Notes: generated by a model not told the origin, from the sequence alone. Positions 44,168-53,858 are shown, counted from the first letter of the stretch. The stretch: DNA of 64,000 nt from an uncultured Selenomonadales bacterium (GCA_900321035.1 ONUH01000011.1:15050-79049), one strand, 5' to 3'. Numbers and translations: made by a program.

Positions 44168-45151
44168 ATGCGGACGTATCGGAAAAAGATGGTTTTGGCG
44201 GCTGTTTCGGGGCTGCTGTCGGCTGCTTTGCTGGCAGGCTGCGGCACGCAAACAGGCGAACGGGCGGAGGATCAAGTTTGGGGGCGCGCCGACGCGAAAG
44301 AGATTGACGTGAACTCGAAAATTTCCGGGCGCGTCGTGGAGCTCTTGGTCAAGGAAGGCGACGAGGTGCACCAGGGCGATTTGCTCGCCCGCATCGACGA
44401 CCGCGACCTCAACACCCAAAGACTCCAGCAGGAGGCGGCGATTCGTGCCATCGAGGCGCAAATCCTGCAAGCGGCGGCGACCACCGAAATGCAGAAAGGG
44501 ACAACGGCGGCGGCTTTGGCGCAGGCAGAAACGAACCTCGCGCTTTGCTCGGCGGACCATGAGCGGTATGCGGAGCTTTTGGCGGCGGATGCTGTTTCGC
44601 GGCAATCCTACGACACCTACCGCGCACGTTACGAGGCCGCGCAGGCGGCTTACGAATCCGCAAAAGCCGCCACGATGCAGACCGACGTGAACCGGGCGAA
44701 CGAAGCGGCGCTGGAGAAAAAATTGGAACAGGCGCAGGCGGCGCGGGCGCAAATCATGGTTTCGCTGGATGAGACTGAGATCCGCGCGCCTTTCGACGGC
44801 ATCGTGACGGAAAAATACATCGAGGCCGGCTCCATGATTTCCCAGGGGACGCCGCTGGTCGCGGTGCAAGACCCGACGGACAACTGGGTGGACATCAAGG
44901 TGCCGGAGACAAAGCTCGGCGGCTATCGGCTGCACCAATCCGTGCGCCTGAGGGGCCGAGACGGGACGACGGAGGTGGACGGCGTCATCACGGACATCAG
45001 CCGGAAATCCGAGTTCGCGACCCAGCGGGCGACCAGCGAGCGCGGCAGCGACGCCGACATCATCAGCTTCAATGTGAAGATACAGGTCAATTCTCCCGCG
45101 CTTCGCCCGGGAATGCGGTTTCGGCTGTTGGGGGAGGGCGTCGCGTCATGA
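44168..45151 (+). CDS. HlyD-family membrane-fusion / efflux adaptor lipoprotein
   Basis: Lipobox LLAGC, a biotinyl-lipoyl-like segment (ISGRVVELLVKEGDEVHQGDLLARID), a coiled coil and a beta-barrel (IRAPFDGIV). Confidence 0.85.
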   Translation: MRTYRKKMVLAAVSGLLSAALLAGCGTQTGERAEDQVWGRADAKEIDVNSKISGRVVELLVKEGDEVHQGDLLARIDDRDLNTQRLQQEAAIRAIEAQILQAAATTEMQKGTTAAALAQAETNLALCSADHERYAELLAADAVSRQSYDTYRARYEAAQAAYESAKAATMQTDVNRANEAALEKKLEQAQAARAQIMVSLDETEIRAPFDGIVTEKYIEAGSMISQGTPLVAVQDPTDNWVDIKVPETKLGGYRLHQSVRLRGRDGTTEVDGVITDISRKSEFATQRATSERGSDADIISFNVKIQVNSPALRPGMRFRLLGEGVAS

Positions 45152-46326
45152 CCGTTTGGGGGATTGCCCGGGAAGAATTTCGCCAAATGCGCCGGGGGAA
45201 ACTGCCGAAGCTCGCGATTCTCCTGTTCTTGCCGCTTTTCTTCACCCTCGTTTTCGGGACGGCTTATCGAAACCAGTTCGTCCGCCATATTCCGCTGACG
45301 GTTTTCGACCAAGATCAAAGCAAGGTGTCCCGAACCCTCGTCCAAGGCTACGCGGATTCGGAAAAATTCACGATTGTTTCCCATGCGGATACGCAGGAGA
45401 AGATGGACGCGGAGCTTGAAAGCGGCAGGGCGTTGGCGGCGCTGGCGATTCCTGCGGGCTTCTCCAAGGACATCAAGCGCGGCGACGGCGGGAAAACCGT
45501 GCTGATTGTCAACTCCGCCAACAATACCATCGGCAACGCGGCTATCACGGAGGCGTGGAAAATCAACCGCACGCTGACCATCGGCGGCGCCCAGCGCATC
45601 GTCGAGCGGCTGGGGCAGATGCCGGACGAGGCGATGAATGCCGTTTATCCCGTGCACCTCGCCGTCCGCCTTCTGAACAATCCGCTGGCGGGCTTTTCCT
45701 CTTTTATGCTGAGCGGTCTCGGATTGCAGGGCGTCCAGATTGCGCTGCTCATCGCGGCGGCACCCGCGCTCTCGGAGGAGTACCGCCGCAGGTGGTATGA
45801 CGGAAACGTCCCGGCGGCGCGCGTGCTGGCGGGGAAAATGATTCCCTATTGGCTTTCGTCGGTTGCCTCGTATTTCGTCTATCTTGCGGCCGCCGTCTTC
45901 CTTTTCGGTACGCCCGCAAAATGCGGCTTGCCGGAGCTTTTCCTCCTAGGCGGCATTTTTTCGTTCAGCGTCATCGGAGTGCTGTTTTTCTTTTCCGCGC
46001 TTTGCCCGAAGCCGATTCTCGCTATGCAGCTCCCGATGCTCTATGTCATGCCGGGAACGCTGTTCAGCGGACTGTCATGGCCTTTGTTCAGCATGAATCT
46101 TCCCGCTTCGCTTTACGCGGCTGTCATGCCCATCCGCTATGCGGCGGACAATCTGCGCGACCTCTTGCTGGCGGGGTACGCGCCGTCGCTCGCGGCGGAT
46201 TGCCGCGCCCTGCTCGTCTGCGGCAGCATCGGTTTTCTCGCGGCATGGGCGGTATTTTCCCGTCGGCGGAAACGGCTCTTGCAAGCGGAAGGGAGGGCGT
46301 CCCATGCGTCCCTATATTGCGCGTGA
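45148..46326 (+). CDS. ABC-2-type transporter permease
   Basis: One N-terminal TM, a large extracytoplasmic domain and five C-terminal TMs (YhhJ/YbhS-like topology). ATGA-coupled to the HlyD gene. Confidence 0.8.
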   Translation: MTVWGIAREEFRQMRRGKLPKLAILLFLPLFFTLVFGTAYRNQFVRHIPLTVFDQDQSKVSRTLVQGYADSEKFTIVSHADTQEKMDAELESGRALAALAIPAGFSKDIKRGDGGKTVLIVNSANNTIGNAAITEAWKINRTLTIGGAQRIVERLGQMPDEAMNAVYPVHLAVRLLNNPLAGFSSFMLSGLGLQGVQIALLIAAAPALSEEYRRRWYDGNVPAARVLAGKMIPYWLSSVASYFVYLAAAVFLFGTPAKCGLPELFLLGGIFSFSVIGVLFFFSALCPKPILAMQLPMLYVMPGTLFSGLSWPLFSMNLPASLYAAVMPIRYAADNLRDLLLAGYAPSLAADCRALLVCGSIGFLAAWAVFSRRRKRLLQAEGRASHASLYCA

Positions 46327-47443
46327 ATGGCGGCGTTGCTGCGCCGACCCGCGCCGCTTCGCGTTCCTGTTCGGCGCGGCGCTCGTCTATCTCGTCCTGT
46401 TTGCCGTGCTGTTCGCGCCGAATATCATCACGGAAGTGCCCTGCGTTATTTATGACGAGGACCAGTCCGCGCTGAGCCGGAAGCTCGCCCAAAAATTTGA
46501 GGACAACGAACGTTTCGGCATCATCGCCTACGCCGCGACGCAGGAGGAAACGCTGGCCTTGCTGCGGGAGAAGGAAGCGCTGGCGGCCATCGTGATCCCG
46601 AAGGGCTTTGCAAAAAGCATACAGACGGGCAGCTATACGACGCTTCTTTGCGTCGCCAACGGCGCGAATCTGATGCCTATCGGCGCCGCCACCGGCGACG
46701 GGGAAAATATCGCCGCGGAATTTTCCGACGAGATAGCCCTGCGCCGGGAAGAGCTTCGGACGGGACGGAACGAAGCCGCGCTGGGAAACCGCGTCGTCCC
46801 GGTTCGCCACGAGCTGCGTGTGCTGAACAATCCGACGCAAGGCTATCGGTACTTTTACCTCTTGGGGCTGCTCGTCGCCGCGCTCCAGCAGGGAATTTTT
46901 TTCGCGACGGGCGCGGCGGTCTGCTCCGAATCCACTTCCCAAGAGGAAACGAGGCCCACCGTGCGCCTTTTTTTGGCCAAGGCCGTCTTTTACTGGCTGC
47001 TTTCGATGGCCGCGTTTTCCATGCTCCTGCTTTGCATTGTTTATGCCCTCGATATTCCCCTGAAGGCGCACACCGGAGAGATGTTTCTTGCCGGCGGGGC
47101 TTTCGTCTTCGCCACGGTCTCGCTCGGTCTCGCTTTCGCGTCCTTCTTTTCCGACGAGGAAACTTTCGCCCGCGCTTCCATCATGTACCCGCTGCTCGGC
47201 TTCATCGTCTCCGGCTACACCTATCCGCTGATGGCGATGCCGCCTGCCCTGCAAAATGCGGCAAGGCTTTTGCCGCAGACTTGGTTCGCCAATATTTTCC
47301 GCGAGCTTTTCCTCGCCGGGCATTCGCCGCAAGCGGGGGAAGGCATGGCGGCCATGGCCGCCGTCGGCGTCTTTTGTCTCCTCGTCGGCTGCGCACGATT
47401 TTCCGCAAAGGGACGCGGGAGCGAGATGGGGCACGCATCGTGA
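46304..47443 (+). CDS. ABC-2-type transporter permease (second)
   Basis: Paralogous architecture. Start ATG 46304 follows GGGAGGG. Overlaps the previous gene. Confidence 0.8.
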   Translation: MRPYIAREWRRCCADPRRFAFLFGAALVYLVLFAVLFAPNIITEVPCVIYDEDQSALSRKLAQKFEDNERFGIIAYAATQEETLALLREKEALAAIVIPKGFAKSIQTGSYTTLLCVANGANLMPIGAATGDGENIAAEFSDEIALRREELRTGRNEAALGNRVVPVRHELRVLNNPTQGYRYFYLLGLLVAALQQGIFFATGAAVCSESTSQEETRPTVRLFLAKAVFYWLLSMAAFSMLLLCIVYALDIPLKAHTGEMFLAGGAFVFATVSLGLAFASFFSDEETFARASIMYPLLGFIVSGYTYPLMAMPPALQNAARLLPQTWFANIFRELFLAGHSPQAGEGMAAMAAVGVFCLLVGCARFSAKGRGSEMGHAS

Positions 47444-47578
47444 TGAAACGGGAGAACGCGGCCTTGTCTGCGCCTCCCAAGGAATCGGCATCGGAAACTG
47501 CACGGCAGGATTCACGACGCATTTGCAGGGCTGCCCGCCGACCGCAAAAACAATGGCAGATTTCCTGTCAGGAATGTC

Positions 47579-48718
47579 ATGAGAAAAATCATCATCATCC
47601 CCGACTCCTTCAAGGGAACACTCTCTTCAAAAGATGCTTGCTGCATCATGGCCGACGCGGCAAGGAAAATCTTTCCCCATGCGGATGTCATCCAAGTCCC
47701 GATAGCGGACGGCGGCGAGGGAACTGTGGATGCGGCTTTGTCCGCCATCGGAGGGAAGAAAGTCCGTCTTCGCGTTACGGGGCCGCTTTTCAACGAAGTG
47801 GATTCCTTTTACGGCCTTCTTCCGGACGGAACGGCAGTCATCGAGATGGCGGCGGCAGCCGGGCTCCCTCTCATGGGTGATTCCAGAGATGTAGGCACGG
47901 CAACGACATACGGCGTAGGCGAACTAATGCGGCACGCGCTTGCGCATGGCGCACGCAGAATTGTTCTGGGCTTGGGCGGAAGCGCCACGAACGAAGGAGG
48001 CTGCGGTGCGGCGGCAGCATTGGGGGCCGTGTTCAGGGACTCCATCGGAAACAAATTCATACCAACAGGGGAATCCCTTCGCAGCATTGTCTCCGTGGAG
48101 ACCGAAAAAATACGTGCAGCCATGCAGGGCATCCGTGTGGAGGCGATGTGCGACGTTCACAATCCGCTGTGCGGCGAGAGCGGGGCTGCGGCAGTCTTTG
48201 CACCGCAGAAGGGCGCAGACGAGCGCACAGTTCATGAACTTGATGACGGTCTCCGGCATTTGGCGGATGTCATCGCTCACGACATCGGCAAAGCTGTCGA
48301 TGGTCCCGGCGCAGGAGCCGCAGGAGGCATGGGCGCGGGCGTTATCGCCTTTTTCAATGGTCGCTTGGTTCGCGGCATTGACGCCTTGCTCGGCTTGGCA
48401 AATTTCGACAAGATGCTGCTGGGCGCGGACATCGTGCTTACCGGCGAAGGCCGTTTTGACCGCCAGTCGCTGATGGGAAAAGCTGTCGGAGGCATCGCAA
48501 AACGCGCACAGAAAGCAGGGGTTCCCGTAGTCTGCGCGGCAGGAGCAATAGAGGATGACATAGCTGAGGCATACCGCGCGGGCATTGCCGCCGTTTTCAG
48601 CATCAACCGAGCACCGATGCCCTTCGAGGAAGCCGTGTGCCATACCCGCGAGAATTTGGCTGACACAACGGAAAATTTCCTCCGTCTGCTGAAAGCAAAA
48701 CAATCTGGCTATAGATAA
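47579..48718 (+). CDS. Glycerate kinase
   Basis: MRKIIIIPDSFKGTLSS...PIADGGEGTVDA...GLGGSATNEGGCG...LTGEGRFDRQSLMGK are the glycerate kinase family signatures. Confidence 0.88.
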   Translation: MRKIIIIPDSFKGTLSSKDACCIMADAARKIFPHADVIQVPIADGGEGTVDAALSAIGGKKVRLRVTGPLFNEVDSFYGLLPDGTAVIEMAAAAGLPLMGDSRDVGTATTYGVGELMRHALAHGARRIVLGLGGSATNEGGCGAAAALGAVFRDSIGNKFIPTGESLRSIVSVETEKIRAAMQGIRVEAMCDVHNPLCGESGAAAVFAPQKGADERTVHELDDGLRHLADVIAHDIGKAVDGPGAGAAGGMGAGVIAFFNGRLVRGIDALLGLANFDKMLLGADIVLTGEGRFDRQSLMGKAVGGIAKRAQKAGVPVVCAAGAIEDDIAEAYRAGIAAVFSINRAPMPFEEAVCHTRENLADTTENFLRLLKAKQSGYR

Positions 48719-48750
48719 TGGCTACACCATAGGGGCTACTGCGGGATGAG

Positions 48751-49038
48751 GTGATACGTGAGATGGAACCGAACCGATACTGGCTTTTGTATTTCGGCTT
48801 GCTGTTTGTTTTCTTGGGCAGTAAGGTCGGGCAAGCGCTCTGCTTGTGGACATACAACATTTTGCGCGCCTGTTTTTATGCCACGTTGGCGCTGGCTGCT
48901 GCAGCGCTCGCCAAACTTTTGTGGGAAGTAAGTTTCTTGCTCTTAAAATTCGCAAACGCGCTCATAAAGGAACAAGAGAACCATACTTCGGCCAGAGCTG
49001 GGGAAACAACTGAAAACGCCCCGAGAGAAAGCGACTAA
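48751..49038 (+). CDS. Small membrane protein, hypothetical
   Basis: Two hydrophobic helices. GTG or ATG (48763) start. Followed by a strong hairpin. Confidence 0.4.
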   Translation: MIREMEPNRYWLLYFGLLFVFLGSKVGQALCLWTYNILRACFYATLALAAAALAKLLWEVSFLLLKFANALIKEQENHTSARAGETTENAPRESD

Positions 49039-49046
49039 AACAAGAC

Positions 49047-49097
49047 AAAGAAACTCCCCCATGACGGCATGTAAACGCCCCATGGGGGAGTTTCTTT
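49047..49097. terminator. Bidirectional terminator hairpin
   Basis: Perfect 17-bp stem AAAGAAACTCCCCCATG / CATGGGGGAGTTTCTTT, with A/T runs built into both ends, between convergent genes. Confidence 0.65.
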
Positions 49098-49317
49098 GTG
49101 AGCGGACTCCCAGCTACCGAGCCAGGAAAGCATCCAATAATATGCTCGATTCGTTATATTATCACTGTTCTCGAATCGAACCAATTCGTAGTGTGCTCCA
49201 TCGTGAGAATAATCTTGTTTTACTATTCTCTTTCTTATGGCATATAGCGCACTCCCAGCTTTTCATCTTTTCCCAGATACTCAAGAAGAGCTTTGCAGAT
49301 AACACATTCATCTTTCA

Positions 49318-49767
49318 TTATTTCTGTTCTCTTATCATTTCATCAAGAAGCTCTACTGCACTGCGGATCATATTCGGGCAAACTGTACGAAACAGATTCT
49401 TTTCAAGTATAACAGCCTTTTCCTCCGGTTTTGAAAGATCATACCCCAGCAGTTCTCTGCAAACAACACTCCCGTTCTTTTTGATAAATCTGTTCATGTA
49501 CTCCTCTGCTATAGCATACGCTTTGTTTTTTGTATCAAGATCATCAATCTCAGAATGCCCATATAAAAGCCCTAACACCATAAGAGCACCTGATACTGCT
49601 CCGCACATCTCACCCTTCCTTGCTCCGCCGCCAAAATTGGTGGCCAGCTTAAGTGCAAGCTTTTCATCGATTCCTTGCTCTAAGGCATAAGCGGTGAATA
49701 CACCTTGGGAACAGTTGAAATTGTGACTATAATACTCTACGGCTATTTCTGCGTGCTTGTTTTCCAT
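49318..49767 (-). CDS. C_GCAxxG_C_C-family redox protein
   Basis: YSHNFNCSQGV...GGGARKGEMCGAVSGA...CRELL...CPNMI matches the C-GCAxxG-C-C cysteine pattern. AT-rich gene. Confidence 0.75.
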   Translation of the reverse strand: MENKHAEIAVEYYSHNFNCSQGVFTAYALEQGIDEKLALKLATNFGGGARKGEMCGAVSGALMVLGLLYGHSEIDDLDTKNKAYAIAEEYMNRFIKKNGSVVCRELLGYDLSKPEEKAVILEKNLFRTVCPNMIRSAVELLDEMIREQK

Positions 49768-49803
49768 AACTATTTACTCCTTGTTTTAACCTGGATTCCC
49801 AGA

Positions 49804-50157
49804 TTAACATGACGAGGTTGGCAATGCCACTCCGAGAGTCTCATAAATCTCAGCCTGCTTGTTAAGAAGCTCACCTATCCTGAGTTTGTGGTTTTCATCT
49901 TCGAAACACTCAAGGACATCGAGCTTATCAAGCAGCTGCTGCATACTATAAGTTTTATACAGATCTGTCTCCTTCATCTTGTGATCAAGATAGGGAACCA
50001 ATATAAGTGCTACAAATTCAGTGAATATCTTGCCATCGAGATTCTTCTCTGATTTCGCAAGAAGGCGTCTCATGTTGAATCGGTCCTTGATGTTGCTGAA
50101 AGCCTTTTCAACGATGTCCTTCATGCGATACAGATGCGGTGCCGTAAACTCTTTGAA
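49804..50157 (-). pseudogene. IS1634/IS4-type transposase, C-terminal fragment
   Basis: ...LYRMKDIVEKAFSNIKDRFNMRRLLAKSEKNLDGKIFTEFVALIL...LDKLDVLECFEDENHKLRIGELLNKQAEIY resembles the C-terminus of DDE transposases. The frame is closed by a stop about 10 codons upstream of the listed Met, and no N-terminal part is present. Confidence 0.6.
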
Positions 50158-50333
50158 GCATACGCCATCTATTTACAGAATAAGCATAGGAACATTAATT
50201 GTCAAGAATGTCTCTTTTCGACACTATACAACGATAACCCCGCTATCGTTACATTGTTTGCACACCCCCTACTTCCTTTATGCCATTTCGATGACATTTT
50301 CACTCTGTTTTTCTTCTCCCCTAAATAAAAATG

Positions 50334-50358
50334 ACCGCCAGAGATGGCGGTTTTTCTT
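50334..50358. terminator. Orphan terminator hairpin in a decayed AT-rich segment
   Basis: ACCGCCA-GAGA-TGGCGGT followed by TTTTCTTT and preceded by AAAAA. No intact gene ends here. Confidence 0.45.
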
Positions 50359-50520
50359 TGCTTTCGCGGTATCGTTACCTTGTATCATAGTTGAGCTTCC
50401 GTTGTTCCCATGTCCTTGCGGCTGCAAGCAGTTCCGCAGAAGCTGAAATCTCTTCTATTGCCCGTTCTCATTTCTTCTTCATGATTGTCCGCTACCATAA
50501 AAATGACGAAAAAAGTGTTT

Positions 50521-50542
50521 GTTTGTCATCGGTTTGTCATCG
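50521..50542. repeat. Tandem 11-bp duplication
   Basis: GTTTGTCATCG occurs twice back to back, immediately at the left edge of repeat copy B. Confidence 0.9.
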
Positions 50543-50628
50543 GTTTTTCAAGGGCCTTATCTGAGTAGTAACACACGCCCCCTTTTACTACGATTTTACT
50601 ACTTTTGCCTGCCTCAATATGCCGCGTT
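50532..50628. repeat. Direct repeat, copy B (partner at 43052-43148)
   Basis: Same orientation as copy A. It extends through GCCTCAATATGCCGCG, which includes the annotated ATG (50619) of the phosphatase gene. Confidence 0.85.
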
Positions 50629-51104
50629 ATGGCCTTATTCCGTCCAAATTGATTGTTTGCCACGGCAATATCTGCCGCTCGCCGATGGCCGAGTTCGTGA
50701 TGAAGGATATGGTGCGGCGCGCGGGGCTGGAGAACGAGATTTTCGTGGCCTCCGCCGCCTGCCGTCGGGACGAGATCGGCGCGGACACCTACCTCGGCAC
50801 GCGGGAGAAGCTGGACGAGATGGGGATCCCTTACGAAAAGCGGCACGCGCGGCAGATTACCATGGACGATTATAAGCAGTATGATTTCATCGTCGCCATG
50901 GACGAGGAGAACATGCGCGACCTCGACCGCATGACGCAGGGCGATCCCGCGAAAAAGACGCGGCTTTTGATGGAAATCGCGGGAGAACGTCGGGGCGTGG
51001 CCGATCCGTGGTACACGGGGGATTTCGATGCGACGTTTCGCGACGTGCAGCGCGGCTGCAGCGCGATATTGGATGAACTGCAAAAAAGGAGGCGGCAAAC
51101 ATGA
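50619..51104 (+). CDS. Low-molecular-weight protein-tyrosine phosphatase
   Basis: Active site CHGNICRSPMAE (CxGNxCRS) and a C-terminal DPWY...D motif. No obvious RBS, and the N-terminus is atypical (MPRYGLIPSKLIVC), so the start is uncertain. Confidence 0.85.
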   Translation: MPRYGLIPSKLIVCHGNICRSPMAEFVMKDMVRRAGLENEIFVASAACRRDEIGADTYLGTREKLDEMGIPYEKRHARQITMDDYKQYDFIVAMDEENMRDLDRMTQGDPAKKTRLLMEIAGERRGVADPWYTGDFDATFRDVQRGCSAILDELQKRRRQT

Positions 51105-51529
51105 AACGATACGCCATGCTTTTCGCGGCGGTGTTCGTCTTTTTGCTTTTGAGCGGCGTCGCCGTTTCGGAGGCGGCGACGGCCCGGCTTTCGGTGCAGA
51201 TCACGCTTTACGACTTGGAACAGGACGCCGGGCAGCCCGTTGCGGTCGGCAAAGCGGTGTTGACAGGTATAGAGCAAAAGGCCCAGTTATTTTCCGTTTC
51301 GTCGGAGCTGGGGCAATCCGGGCAGACGTATGACCGCGACGTCTTTTATGTGACGCGCACAGGGCGGGATATCCAAACGGGCGCGACGCGGTTCCGCGTC
51401 CGTCACGAGCAGATTATTGAAAACCGATGCACGGCAATGGAGATTCGCGAGTATACGCTGCAAATCGGCGGAAGCTGCGAGCTGTATTCGGATCGCGGAC
51501 AAATCCGCGCGGTGATGAAATTCGTGTAA
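51101..51529 (+). CDS. Secreted hypothetical protein
   Basis: Signal peptide MKRYAMLFAAVFVFLLLSGVAVSEA. ATGA-coupled to the phosphatase gene. Confidence 0.55.
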   Translation: MKRYAMLFAAVFVFLLLSGVAVSEAATARLSVQITLYDLEQDAGQPVAVGKAVLTGIEQKAQLFSVSSELGQSGQTYDRDVFYVTRTGRDIQTGATRFRVRHEQIIENRCTAMEIREYTLQIGGSCELYSDRGQIRAVMKFV

Positions 51530-51544
51530 TGATTGCAGGAAGGC

Positions 51545-51581
51545 TGCCGCAGGAAGAAATCTTCCTGCGGCAATATTTTTT
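51545..51581 (+). terminator. Rho-independent terminator
   Basis: TGCCGCAGGAAG-AAAT-CTTCCTGCGGCA followed by ATATTTTTT. Confidence 0.75.
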
Positions 51582-51899
51582 CTGCAATCCGAAACTTTTC
51601 AGCCAAAGCCAAGATGCCTTGTGCTGCAAGCGATGGAACGCTGTCCATTTTTTACGAAAATCCATTTCGCTTCGTGAAGATTTCCGCCAGTGAGACGTTC
51701 CCACTTTCCGGCCGTCCGCGAAACGTGTGTGGGGCCTTTGTCTCATGGTAAAAGTGACTATTCTCCACTATAATTCATATAAAAGAGTGGCTTAGCGTTC
51801 GCCGACAAGCCGCAGGAAAAGGCTTGGGCAAGGTCTCTTTCCTGCGGCTTATTTTTATCTGTGACAAAATTCCTTCTTCATCGGGAAAGGAGGTGCACC

Positions 51900-53858
51900 G
51901 TGCAATTCATGTCTACGCTTCATTATTCCGCTTTCTATATCTGCGCAATCCTCCTCTGCGCTTCCTGCATTTGCTATACGCTGCTCCAAGGCCGCGTCAT
52001 TCGCCAGCAGAACAAGATCTATATCATGCTCCTTGCCAATATGCTGTTCTGCGCAGTCAGCATGATTTGCGTCATTTTTTTCGAGAGACAGTACGGCGCG
52101 GAGTCTCATTTCATCGCGGATATGTCCCGATTCGTTTCCTATGTTTTTCACGATGCGATGGCGCCGATATTCGCCTACTATGTGTTCCTGGTCTGCGGCA
52201 ACGCCTGGAAGCTCACCCGGCGCACGCTCGTCTTGTATTCTCTCCCGTTCCTCTTCACGGAGTTCGTGATCCTGATGAATCCGCTGACAGACTGGGTATA
52301 TCATTATGACAGCGCGTTCCAGTATCACCGGAATTGGGGCGCGTATTCCATTTATGTCGCGGCATTCTTCTATATGATGATGGGGCTGCAGAACCTGCTC
52401 CGGTATTGGCGCGCGCTGACTTCCGCCAAGCGAAACGCACTGGTATTTTTCATCTCCCTGGTTTCCATCGGAATCCTCATACAGGTCATCTGGCAGGACA
52501 TCCTGATCGAGCTTTATACGGACGCGCTGGCGGCACTGGGGCTGATGCTCTCCATCGAGGACGAGGACGCCCGCATCAACACGATGACGGGCGCATACAA
52601 CCGACAAGCGCTGCAGCTGGATCTCGACACGTATTTCGTCATGAAGCTTCCCTTTCAGGTCATCGGCGTGCAGATAACGGATATGGACATGCTGCACCGT
52701 ACGATGGGCGCCGCCGCTTCCGATACGTTCCTCCGTATCGTGGCGGATTATCTTCGGACGCTGGCGCCTCCCTACCGTATTTATTACGCGAATCTTTCCA
52801 CATATATCATCCTTCTCCCGAAAAATGACGCGGAGCAGGCCGCGGACGTCGCGGCCCAGATCCTTGCGCGATTCGGCAGGACATGGAAAAGCGACAAGTT
52901 GGAGACGCTTTTGCACGCGGCGGTCATCCACGGCGTGGCGCCCGACAACTTCCCGTCATCGGAAGACGTGCTGTTCATGGCGGACAACCCGGTCCCTTCC
53001 CATGCGGAACAAAAGGTACTGTCGGGGCGCGACCTCAGCTATCTCCTGCGCCGTCTCGAAGTGGAGCGCGCGCTTCACCGCGGGATGGAGGAGCACACCT
53101 TCGAGGTCTATTACCAGCCGATCTACGCTCTGCCTTCGCTGCGCCTGAAAGGCGCGGAAGCCATCCTCCGGCTTCGCGACCGGGTGCTGGGAAATATTCC
53201 GCCCGCCGAATTCATTCCGGCGGCGGAGCGGGCCGGCCTCATCGAAAAAATCGGGGAATTCGTGCTGGAAGAAGTTTGCATATTCATGGCCAGCGGCGTT
53301 CCAGACGAACTGGGACTCAGCTATATCAGCGCAAATCTTTCCATGCTCCAGTGCGTACAGCCGGGATTCACGGACCGCATGAAGGCCATCGTGTCCCGTT
53401 TCGGCGTCGAACCGGCGAAAATCAATTTCGAGATTACCGAATCGGTGGCGGCAAACGATTACAGCGTGCTGGACGGCGTAATCCGCGTGCTGAAGGAAGG
53501 CGGCTTCACGTTTGCGATGGATGATTACGGCACCGGCTTCTCGAACATGCAGGCGGCGTTTTCCCTCGATTTCGACATCGTGAAAATCGACAAGGGCATT
53601 CTCTGGAACGCGGAGAAGAACCGCATCGGCCGCGCAATCCTCGAAAACAGCGTGCGCATGATCCGGGATATGCAGCGAAAGATCCTGGTCGAAGGCGTGG
53701 AAACGGAAGCGCAGCTCCAGTTGGTGAAGGAGTTGTCCGTCGACTATTTGCAGGGGTTTTATTTCTCGAAGCCCGTGCCGAAAGATAAGTTTATCGAGCT
53801 GGTCCGCTCAGGGCAGGCGCCGAACGGTCCGAGCGCCGAACGGGAGGCGTCGTCATGA
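51900..53858 (+). CDS. Membrane sensor with degenerate GGDEF and intact EAL domain (c-di-GMP phosphodiesterase type)
   Basis: About seven N-terminal TMs. The GGDEF position reads YANLSTY. EAL landmarks are present (EAILR, EITES, DDYGTGFS, KIDKG, EGVET, QGFYFSKP). GTG 51900 is 6 nt after GGAGG; ATG 51909 is the alternative. Confidence 0.8.
   Translation: MQFMSTLHYSAFYICAILLCASCICYTLLQGRVIRQQNKIYIMLLANMLFCAVSMICVIFFERQYGAESHFIADMSRFVSYVFHDAMAPIFAYYVFLVCGNAWKLTRRTLVLYSLPFLFTEFVILMNPLTDWVYHYDSAFQYHRNWGAYSIYVAAFFYMMMGLQNLLRYWRALTSAKRNALVFFISLVSIGILIQVIWQDILIELYTDALAALGLMLSIEDEDARINTMTGAYNRQALQLDLDTYFVMKLPFQVIGVQITDMDMLHRTMGAAASDTFLRIVADYLRTLAPPYRIYYANLSTYIILLPKNDAEQAADVAAQILARFGRTWKSDKLETLLHAAVIHGVAPDNFPSSEDVLFMADNPVPSHAEQKVLSGRDLSYLLRRLEVERALHRGMEEHTFEVYYQPIYALPSLRLKGAEAILRLRDRVLGNIPPAEFIPAAERAGLIEKIGEFVLEEVCIFMASGVPDELGLSYISANLSMLQCVQPGFTDRMKAIVSRFGVEPAKINFEITESVAANDYSVLDGVIRVLKEGGFTFAMDDYGTGFSNMQAAFSLDFDIVKIDKGILWNAEKNRIGRAILENSVRMIRDMQRKILVEGVETEAQLQLVKELSVDYLQGFYFSKPVPKDKFIELVRSGQAPNGPSAEREASS

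Noticed and set aside
51900-53858. Annotating the membrane sensor as a diguanylate cyclase.
   Set aside because: The GGDEF signature position is YANLSTY, so cyclase activity is unlikely. Only the EAL half keeps its catalytic landmarks.
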